Positions 9,490 to 16,659 of a stretch of 64,000 nt of DNA are shown in pieces; position 1 is the first letter of the stretch, and each line of letters opens with the position of its first letter. A model generated the notes under the pieces. That model was not told the origin of the DNA, did no database searches, and saw only the letters and a list, made by a program, of their open reading frames with translations. This DNA is from an uncultured Nitrososphaerota archaeon (GTDB lineage: Archaea; Thermoproteota; Nitrososphaeria; Nitrososphaerales; Gagatemarchaeaceae). Both the position numbers and the translations under genes were made by a program. The stretch lies in the NCBI GenBank assembly GCA_963718895.1, contig CAVRAG010000008.1, positions 768,001-832,000 of the forward strand, read 5' to 3'.

Positions 9490-10092
9490 CTATTCAGGTA
9501 CCCTTGCGCCGCACGCCCCGCAGAAGACTGCGCCGTCACGGAGCCTCGACCCGCACTTTATGCAATAGTTCAACGGCCCGCGGCCCACCTCTGAGTTTGC
9601 ATCTGCCGACGGACCTGTGGTCGTAGGCCCGAGCGTGACTGACCCGACCGGTCCGAGCCCGACCACGAAGTTAGACCTCGTCGCCTTGTAGGTCAGACCC
9701 ATGTAGCATCCAATCGCCGCTAGGATGAAACCTATGACGAAGCCGCCCAAGGTCGGCAGAACTCCGAGGAACAACATCACGACCGCCAGTATGCCTCCGG
9801 CCTTCCTCCTGTTCGGCTGTTCTGATCCCATCAGGATGCCACCGACGATTATCACGATTCCTGTCAGTACGCCGAACCCTCCGACCAGGTAGGCTATGTC
9901 GTTGAATCCAGAAGTGTTGAGCGTGGGTACCGCGGTCGAGTTGAATCCCGGGAACCCATTAAGCCCGAGATTGCCGTCCAGGTTGTCGAAGCTCGACGAG
10001 AGTGATCCCACAAGAAGGGTAATCGCCACCCCTGCAAGGAGGTAGAACACGCCTCCTGCCACTGTCAGGTAGACGGCGGTCGAGTTTCGCAA
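9490..10092 (-). CDS. Membrane protein with C-terminal zinc ribbon
   Basis: 4 TM; YCIKCG...FCGACG. Confidence 0.8.
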   Translation of the reverse strand: MRNSTAVYLTVAGGVFYLLAGVAITLLVGSLSSSFDNLDGNLGLNGFPGFNSTAVPTLNTSGFNDIAYLVGGFGVLTGIVIIVGGILMGSEQPNRRKAGGILAVVMLFLGVLPTLGGFVIGFILAAIGCYMGLTYKATRSNFVVGLGPVGSVTLGPTTTGPSADANSEVGRGPLNYCIKCGSRLRDGAVFCGACGARVPE

Positions 10093-10245
10093 TTTGCGAT
10101 GTCTTGTTTCTTCGCAGACCGTTGTTATTTAAGGGAGAGAAAGACATCGGCGAATGAACCTGCCGCGGACCCCGAGAAGTGAATCGAGGTCTGCTCGGTG
10201 AGTCCGCGCGAGAGCTTATTATCAGGGGAGGCCCAATTTGCAGAT

Positions 10246-10716
10246 GTGAAACCCGGCTCACCCGCTGACGAGGAGAGACAGAAAGTGGAAAGGAATCTCG
10301 AGTTGATGAAGACCTTGGACGATGCTTGGAACGGGCAGGACTGGAAGGTCTTCCGGAAGCGGCACGCCGAAAGGACTGCGGTCTTCTGGCCCGGTCAGCC
10401 CGACCCGACCCGGGGCAGGGACAACCACGAAGCGGAGGCGAAGGAGTTCTTCAAGACCTTTCCCGACAATCACCTAATCAACAACCCCTACAAGATTCTC
10501 TTCGGCCAGGGTGACATGACCTGCACGGTGGCCGACTTCTCCGGCACGATGAAGGGTCCAATGAAAGGAGCTGATGGAAAGACGATCCCCGCCACGAACA
10601 AGAGATTCCATGTCGAGTTCTGCACCGTTGCCCACTGGAGCGAGAGCGGCGAGATACTCGAGGAGAGGCTTTTCTACGACCTGGTAGGTCTGATGAAGCA
10701 GATCGGTCTTGGCTGA
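10246..10716 (+). CDS. SnoaL-like ester/polyketide cyclase family protein
   Basis: DDAWNGQDW, FFKTFPD, TNKRFHVEFCTVAHW..GEILEERLFYD. Confidence 0.88.
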   Translation: MKPGSPADEERQKVERNLELMKTLDDAWNGQDWKVFRKRHAERTAVFWPGQPDPTRGRDNHEAEAKEFFKTFPDNHLINNPYKILFGQGDMTCTVADFSGTMKGPMKGADGKTIPATNKRFHVEFCTVAHWSESGEILEERLFYDLVGLMKQIGLG

Positions 10717-10804
10717 CTCCCGGAGACCTTCCTCAGGCCGGGAGGTGGATGGGTTAGGACCGTCTCGCCTCAGTTTATTAGTCGGGAGCGGATAGACCCC
10801 TCGG

Positions 10805-11083
10805 TTGTCGGTAAGGATCCACCTTGCGGGCCATTTGGGCAACTACACCGAGAGGAGAGTGGACATCGAGATCCCCCAGGCAGATGACGTTTTCGATCTG
10901 CTGATGAGGCTGTCCGTCATGTTCCCACCTGTAAGAGACAGAATCCTGGATGAGCACGACACGACAAGGCCATATGTCAACATATTCGTCAACGAAGAGA
11001 ACATCAGGGATCTTCAGAACGAGCGGACGAAGGTCAAGGACGGGGACGAGATATACATCCTTCCGTCCGTGGCCGGAGGATAG
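10805..11083 (+). CDS. Ubiquitin-like MoaD/ThiS/SAMP protein
   Basis: RPYVNIFVNEE...DGDEIYILPSVAGG with terminal di-Gly. Confidence 0.92.
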   Translation: MSVRIHLAGHLGNYTERRVDIEIPQADDVFDLLMRLSVMFPPVRDRILDEHDTTRPYVNIFVNEENIRDLQNERTKVKDGDEIYILPSVAGG

Positions 11084-11094
11084 GATGACTTGAG

Positions 11095-12174
11095 ATGAAC
11101 TCTAGGAATATCGTGATGGTCGGGACGAAGAAGGGAGCCTTCGTCTTCGAATCGAAGGACGGAAGGAGGACCTGGAAGTCGACCGGGCCTCATTTCAAGG
11201 GCACACAGATCTACCACGTGACATACGACCCAAGGAACAAACTGATGCTGGCCGCCGTCGACAGCTTCGTCTGGGGTCCCACTGTCGCAAGGAGCTCCGA
11301 CCTCGGAAAGACATGGAAGGAGAGCAAGAAGCCCCCGAAGTTCCCGAAGGGAGGGGATCTGACCGTCAACAGGGTGTGGCACATCGAGCCCGCGAGCGAG
11401 GACGAGCCAGAGGTGATCTACTGCGGGGTGGACCCAGGAGCGCTCTTCAAGAGCGTTGATGGGGGAGAGAGCTGGTCCCTAAACCGCGGGCTCCTCAATC
11501 ATGAGACCAGGCCGAAATGGCAGCCGGGGTTCGGTGGGCTCTGCCTCCACACTATACTCGTCGACCCGAGGGACCCAGACTCGATGATCGTGGCAATCTC
11601 ATCGGTCGGTGTCATGAAGTCCACAGACGGGGGTAAGACGTGGGACTTCCGCAACAAGGACATCCTCGCCGACTTCATGCCGCCCAAGCATCAGTTTCCA
11701 GTCTACGGACAGTGTCCTCACCACCTCGTCCGCCATCCATCCAGTCCAGACACGATCTATCAGCAGAATCACTCCGGAGTGTATCGGAGCGACGACGGCG
11801 CGGAGACATGGGTGGACATAAGCAAGGGTCTGCCCGCTCGCTTCGGCTTCGCGATAGCGACGGACGCCAACGACCCGAAGAGGGTCTTTGTCGCTCCCGA
11901 GGAGTCTGGTGCGGCGCGCCTTCCTCCGAACGGGCGGTTCCTGGTCTGGCGATCCGACGACGCCGGGAGGAGCTGGTCGCCGTTGGGTTCGGGCCTACCG
12001 CGGCGTTCGTACTACAACGTACTGAGAGACGGGATGTCCTCGGACAGGGAGGACCCTTCCGGCGTGTACTTCGGTACGACGACGGGCCAGCTCTACGGGA
12101 GCAGGAACGGCGGAAACAGATGGGAGTTGATTGCCGACGGGCTGCCTCCGATCTACTCGGTCAGCACGGGCTGA
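11095..12174 (+). CDS. BNR/Asp-box repeat beta-propeller (sialidase-like), cytoplasmic
   Basis: Multiple SxDGGxTW Asp-boxes; WQPGFGGLCLHTI and GQCPH motifs; no signal peptide. Confidence 0.9.
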   Translation: MNSRNIVMVGTKKGAFVFESKDGRRTWKSTGPHFKGTQIYHVTYDPRNKLMLAAVDSFVWGPTVARSSDLGKTWKESKKPPKFPKGGDLTVNRVWHIEPASEDEPEVIYCGVDPGALFKSVDGGESWSLNRGLLNHETRPKWQPGFGGLCLHTILVDPRDPDSMIVAISSVGVMKSTDGGKTWDFRNKDILADFMPPKHQFPVYGQCPHHLVRHPSSPDTIYQQNHSGVYRSDDGAETWVDISKGLPARFGFAIATDANDPKRVFVAPEESGAARLPPNGRFLVWRSDDAGRSWSPLGSGLPRRSYYNVLRDGMSSDREDPSGVYFGTTTGQLYGSRNGGNRWELIADGLPPIYSVSTG

Positions 12175-12224
12175 CACGGTCGCCGACTCGTGTGCTGGCC
12201 AGACCTAGGGGATTCTGGAAGCGT

Positions 12225-13145
12225 TCACTTCTCCTCGGGTCCGGCAACACTGTTCAGTGCGTCCAGAGAGGGTGCGAAATAGTACGACCCGCTCACGGGG
12301 TGCGAGAAGTCAGTGAGCCGGTCGTGCAGGCCGTCTCCCACGGTACCGAACATACGCGACAACATTCGATCATACCGCGAAGGGTCGGAACTGAAGGCGA
12401 GGAAGTAGACGCCGTGCTGCTCGACGGTCCCCCAGGGGACGTTCCTTCGGAAGATCTCGATCTCTTCCCCGCCGGCGTCGATGTTTGCGCGCGCTATGTG
12501 GGAGTCAGGCGGCTTCCTATCGGCGGGCATCTCGACGCTGTCGGGCTTGCTCCTTCCAAAGACTCGCTCCTGCTCTTCGACCGGGAGCCGGCTGAAGGCG
12601 TCCAGGTCGTGTATCCACTTCATCGCAAGGACGTGGCTTCCTCCCTCGCCCGGCTGACCAAGAGGAACGAGCGCCGCGCCGGCGGCTCTGCGAATCGGAG
12701 GGTTCGCGCTGCCGTCGATGAAACCGGTTAGGTCGCGGTTATCACGGTAGGTGAAGGCCGGTTGCTCAGCAGCAAGCTTCGCGACGTCGCGTACGGACAA
12801 GGTCGCGGCACGAGCGTGGTCCCAGGTCACGTCGGGAGTGCTGCCGCTTATCCATAGCCAGGCGTCGTGCTGTGTTGCCGGAGCCCGGCGGCCATCCAAT
12901 CCTATGATCTCGTGGAAGTCGGCCAGGGTCGAAGGTGCCATCGAAGGAGCGACCTCGTTCCAAGCGCTCGGCCGAAGGGCGATGACCAGGTTTATGCCGC
13001 CGGACGATACCTCGGGAGCGCGGAGTCGCCGGAAAGAAGTGACAGCCTCATCCTTGGTGACTCCAGGTAGCAGGTCGAACTCCAGAAAGTGGTGTGAGTG
13101 CGTGCCCTGGGCGAAGATCCCGAACTGCGGGAGGACGAATCGCAC
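12225..13145 (-). CDS. Dyp-type peroxidase
   Basis: RDLTGFIDGSANP (GXXDG), DSHIAR proximal His, IFRR distal Arg, SGSYYFAPS. Confidence 0.93.
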   Translation of the reverse strand: MRFVLPQFGIFAQGTHSHHFLEFDLLPGVTKDEAVTSFRRLRAPEVSSGGINLVIALRPSAWNEVAPSMAPSTLADFHEIIGLDGRRAPATQHDAWLWISGSTPDVTWDHARAATLSVRDVAKLAAEQPAFTYRDNRDLTGFIDGSANPPIRRAAGAALVPLGQPGEGGSHVLAMKWIHDLDAFSRLPVEEQERVFGRSKPDSVEMPADRKPPDSHIARANIDAGGEEIEIFRRNVPWGTVEQHGVYFLAFSSDPSRYDRMLSRMFGTVGDGLHDRLTDFSHPVSGSYYFAPSLDALNSVAGPEEK

Positions 13146-13188
13146 GGGTAAAGCGGGCTGCCTCAGCTAATTAAGCAAATCAGGAGTT

Positions 13189-13422
13189 CTACCCACTGCA
13201 GTTGCCTTGGTATTTGCCGTCGACCTTCCTGACGAGGCCGTGGATCGCCAGTCTGCGGACCACGCGAGACAGAACCTCCTGATGGAGGTCTGTGGAAGTC
13301 TTGAGCCGGGTGAAGGATATCGGCTCCGTCGAGCTGCAGATTGCATCGCAAACAGCCCATTCTCTGCTCGTGAGCTCAACGCACTCGTTTGGGTCGCAAT
13401 TCACCGAGGAGCAGACTTGCAT
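13189..13422 (-). CDS. Small Cys-rich winged-helix protein, putative arsenic-responsive regulator
   Basis: ISFTRLKTSTDLHQEVLSRVVRRLAIHGLVRK HTH/wing; 6 Cys; divergent from arsM. Confidence 0.7.
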   Translation of the reverse strand: MQVCSSVNCDPNECVELTSREWAVCDAICSSTEPISFTRLKTSTDLHQEVLSRVVRRLAIHGLVRKVDGKYQGNCSG

Positions 13423-13445
13423 CAACGACGGACCAAGCGACGGGT

Positions 13446-13576
13446 CTATTTATTGACTTCCTGACCTACCACTTAGCACGGCTTCAAAGGTGGGCGAAGG
13501 GAGCGAGAAACATGGAGTGAGCGGTCGTGATGACCCGATTAGTCTTGGGCGGAAGAGTGGCTCAGTCAATAAATAG
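13446..13576. promoter_or_regulatory. Divergent promoter bracketed by a perfect 13-bp inverted repeat CTATTTATTGACT / AGTCAATAAATAG
   Basis: Arms at 13446-13458 and 13564-13576, each ending 24 nt before the ATG it faces (13422 and 13600). Confidence 0.75.
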
Positions 13577-13599
13577 TGCCAGGCGCGCAGGTGCCGAAC

Positions 13600-14358
13600 A
13601 TGTCAGAGCTAGAGATAAGGAAAGCGGTCAAGGAAAGGTATACGAAGATAGCAACATCCACGGGCTCTGACAGCTGCGACGGCGGGAGTTGCTGCGGCGA
13701 CTCGGAGCTGATATCCCTGGACAGCTCCGTCCCCGTCGAAGCCTCGTCGGTCAACGCCGGCTGCGGCTCTCCCCTCACGCTGGTCTCCCCAAAGCTCGGG
13801 GATATTGTGCTCGACCTGGGAAGCGGGGGCGGGATAGACGTGTTCAGAGCATCTCAGGTCGTGGGAGAGAGCGGGAAGGCGATAGGTGTGGACGCAACCC
13901 CAGAGATGATCTGGAGGGCCAGGGAGACTAAGTCGAAGTACGGGAGCAAGTATGCCAATGCTGAATTCCGGCTGGGCGAGATCGAGCATCTTCCGATTGG
14001 GTCGGGCAGCGTAGACTACGTCGTATCGAACTGCGTGATCAACCTCTCACCCGACAAACTCGCCGTCTTCAGGGAGTCCTTCCGAGTGCTCAAAGATGGC
14101 GGCAGCTTCGCGGTCGCGGACATCACGCTTCGGGACGAGATTCCCGAGAGCGCGAGGGCGGACATGGACGCGTGGTCAGCCTGCCTCGCAGGGGCGCTGA
14201 CGGATAACGACTACAGGGCCAAGCTCCTCAGCGCAGGGTTCACAGAGGTCGTGATCGAGCACATATCCGATTCCAACATCGGGGAGTACCCGTTCAAGTA
14301 CTACAGCTCGCACATCAAGGCGACGAAACCGGTTGCTCAACCCCGGATAGTTCGGTGA
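13600..14358 (+). CDS. arsM: Arsenite S-adenosylmethionine methyltransferase
   Basis: N-terminal CC, GCGSP, LDLGSGGGID, SNCVINL, WSACLAGA; arsC neighbours. Confidence 0.9.
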   Translation: MSELEIRKAVKERYTKIATSTGSDSCDGGSCCGDSELISLDSSVPVEASSVNAGCGSPLTLVSPKLGDIVLDLGSGGGIDVFRASQVVGESGKAIGVDATPEMIWRARETKSKYGSKYANAEFRLGEIEHLPIGSGSVDYVVSNCVINLSPDKLAVFRESFRVLKDGGSFAVADITLRDEIPESARADMDAWSACLAGALTDNDYRAKLLSAGFTEVVIEHISDSNIGEYPFKYYSSHIKATKPVAQPRIVR

Positions 14359-14743
14359 CCAGCCTCTCTATCTCGTCCCTTATCCTCCGCACCTCCTCGA
14401 TAGGCTTCCCTTTGGGGTCCTGGAGGTTCCAGTCCACCAGCTTCTTCTGCATCTGGGCCAACATGGGCCTGGGACAAGCCTCCTCGACTGAACATCCCAT
14501 GGTGACGACTAGGCTTGCATGATTGATCATATCGCTGGTGAGGATCTTTGGAGAATTCGTTCCTATCTCAATCCCCTTCTCCTTCATGGCCTGGATGACG
14601 ACCGGGTTCACTCTGGGCGAAGGGACCGTTCCCGCGCTCGTTGCGTTAATCCCGCGCTTCCTCGCGAACGCCTCGGCCATCTGGCTCCTACCGGCATTCT
14701 CGACACATACGAACAGGATCGAGCCTCTAGGCTGCTTTGCCAT
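14315..14743 (-). CDS. arsC: Arsenate reductase, LMW-PTP fold, with resolving cysteines
   Basis: CVENAGRSQMAE P-loop; TMGCSVEEACP; W.L.DP. Confidence 0.9.
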   Translation of the reverse strand: MAKQPRGSILFVCVENAGRSQMAEAFARKRGINATSAGTVPSPRVNPVVIQAMKEKGIEIGTNSPKILTSDMINHASLVVTMGCSVEEACPRPMLAQMQKKLVDWNLQDPKGKPIEEVRRIRDEIERLVTELSGVEQPVSSP

Positions 14744-15449
14744 GCGAACTCCTCATCCTCCTGAATATTAACCCGGCGCCTGCTCCGCCGATGAGCGGTC
14801 CGACGTAGTAGACGACCTGGTTCTCAAAATAGCCCGAGAAGACCGAGGGTCCAAGGCTCCGTGCAGGGTTCAGCGACGCTCCCGTGAGCGGTCCGATGAA
14901 GATGATGAGAACAAAGAGCGTGCCACCTACCAAGACCGCCTGCTTCGCGGGGCTCTCCAGAAAGGAGGCTGCCGCCAGAGCGGAGGTGACCAGAACGAGA
15001 GTCCCCAAGATTTCGAGCACGATACCTTCGATAGGTGAGACACCCGCGGCGAGCTTCGTCGAGCCCAGGCTCGTGGTCGAGCTGAGGGATCCGAAGGCGA
15101 TCTTGAGTGTGAGTCCAGCGAGCAACGCGCCCGCGACCTGGAAGAGGACGTATGGGATCAACAGGTCAGCTCTGGAGATCCCGGCCAGTGTGCTCCCGAC
15201 GGTGACGGCTGGGTTGATGTTGGCTCCTGAGGTCCAGCCAAGAAGCCTGATCATACTGGCGACCGTCCCTCCAAAGACCGCGGCCACCAACACCAGGGAC
15301 ACGATTGGTGCGAGGCCCAACAGGGAGGCAGCGACGACCGACCCTGGCCCGAGAAAGACGAGCAGGTAGGTCCCGAGCAGCTCCGAAAAGCATTGCTTCT
15401 TGCTGTCAGGACCCGGAAATAGTCGCAAGTCTCCCGCGTAACCTTGCAG
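14727..15449 (-). CDS. MIP family aquaporin (probable arsenite channel)
   Basis: Two NPA motifs (GANINPAVT, GASLNPARS); overlaps the arsC start; start uncertain (CTG 15449 or TTG 15428). Confidence 0.9.
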   Translation of the reverse strand: MQGYAGDLRLFPGPDSKKQCFSELLGTYLLVFLGPGSVVAASLLGLAPIVSLVLVAAVFGGTVASMIRLLGWTSGANINPAVTVGSTLAGISRADLLIPYVLFQVAGALLAGLTLKIAFGSLSSTTSLGSTKLAAGVSPIEGIVLEILGTLVLVTSALAAASFLESPAKQAVLVGGTLFVLIIFIGPLTGASLNPARSLGPSVFSGYFENQVVYYVGPLIGGAGAGLIFRRMRSSHGKAA

Positions 15450-15471
15450 AAGGCTCCAAGGTAGGGGGTAC

Positions 15472-15532
15472 TTATTGACTAATCTCCCGACCGAGCAGAA
15501 CAAGGGGCAATGAGTGGGCTAGTCAATAATAG
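15472..15532. promoter_or_regulatory. Second divergent ars promoter with inverted TTATTGACTA / TAGTCAATAA
   Basis: 10-bp arms at 15472-15481 and 15520-15529; same core as the arsM promoter. Confidence 0.72.
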
Positions 15533-15558
15533 CACGGATCTCGCCCGTTGAGGTTATC

Positions 15559-15990
15559 ATGACGAGCAACCAAGGCAGCCGTAAGCGCTCCATCCTGTTT
15601 GTGTGTGTGGAAAACTCTAGCCGCAGCATAATGGCAGAGGCATTCGCGAGGAAGATGGGGTTTGAAGCCTCGAGCGCGGGAACGGTCCCTTCGACCCACG
15701 TCAATCCGCTGGTGGTGGATGCGATGGGTGAGGTTGGAATCGACGTATCGGATGTCAAACCGAGGGCGCTGACAGAGGAGATGATTCAGCACGCTGACTC
15801 TGTGGTCCTGACCGATGCCTCGTTGGAGAAGGCTATTCCGAGAGGCCTAAGGGGGAAAATGCGAAAGAAGGTCGTGCACTGGAGCGTTCCAGACCCACAA
15901 GGCAGGTCGATAGAAGAGGTAAGGTTCCTCAGAGACATGATCCAGGAAAAGGTCGGTGACCTTCTGAAGGCTTCCGATAGAAATCAGTGA
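15559..15990 (+). CDS. ArsC/LMW-PTP paralogue lacking resolving cysteines
   Basis: CVENSSRS P-loop and HWSVPDP; only one Cys in the protein. Confidence 0.85.
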   Translation: MTSNQGSRKRSILFVCVENSSRSIMAEAFARKMGFEASSAGTVPSTHVNPLVVDAMGEVGIDVSDVKPRALTEEMIQHADSVVLTDASLEKAIPRGLRGKMRKKVVHWSVPDPQGRSIEEVRFLRDMIQEKVGDLLKASDRNQ

Positions 15991-16222
15991 TTGAATTAGA
16001 CCCAATCAAGAACAGATTCGGAGCTCGGCCTCGGGGACTGTCGAGGTCCCAAGGAGGACCAGCACCGAGGCCCTCACCTGTCTCCTGCGGATAGACGAGG
16101 GCACGGTCGGCGACCATCTGAGGAGGGCAGGGAAGCAAGTCTTCGACGATCTGGTCTCGTGACCTCTCACAGGCGGGGCGTGAATTGTCGTGAAGTCAAG
16201 CCGACAGTTCCACTGCGAGGAG

Positions 16223-16576
16223 TCACGCTGATGGCTGTGTGGCGTCGTTGTACTTTTGCTGGCACATAGCCATCTCTCCGCCGCCGGGCAGCTTGATAGA
16301 GGTCACGTAGCCGAAACTGGTCTCTGAGATCGGCCGTGTGAATTCGACTCCCTTGCCCTTCAGTTCCTTGACCGAAGCTTCCAGATCGTCAGAGATGAGG
16401 TAGACCTCGTGGGGGTCAAACTTGCCCGCCGAGGAGATTCCCAGCTCAGAGGAGGTCAGGACGGGGATGAGCCAAAAGTCTGGATCGATGAACGGGTACT
16501 CTAGGACGTCGATGAGAAAGTCGCGGACATCCCTTACATACTCCTTGTCGGTCAATACGTGCAGGTCCACAATCAT
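16223..16576 (-). CDS. VOC/glyoxalase family protein
   Basis: DDLEASVKELKGKGVEF...FGYVTSIKLPGGGE. Confidence 0.7.
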   Translation of the reverse strand: MIVDLHVLTDKEYVRDVRDFLIDVLEYPFIDPDFWLIPVLTSSELGISSAGKFDPHEVYLISDDLEASVKELKGKGVEFTRPISETSFGYVTSIKLPGGGEMAMCQQKYNDATQPSA

Positions 16577-16659
16577 CGATTCGTCGCCATGACCAACTTC
16601 GACCGCCGGAGACCACGTTCGAGATAAACCTTCAGTCCGGAGCACGTGCGGAGATTCCT

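Noticed and set aside
11640-12731. 363-aa plus-strand ORF overlapping the propeller and DyP genes
   Set aside because: Arg-rich alternative-frame artefact.
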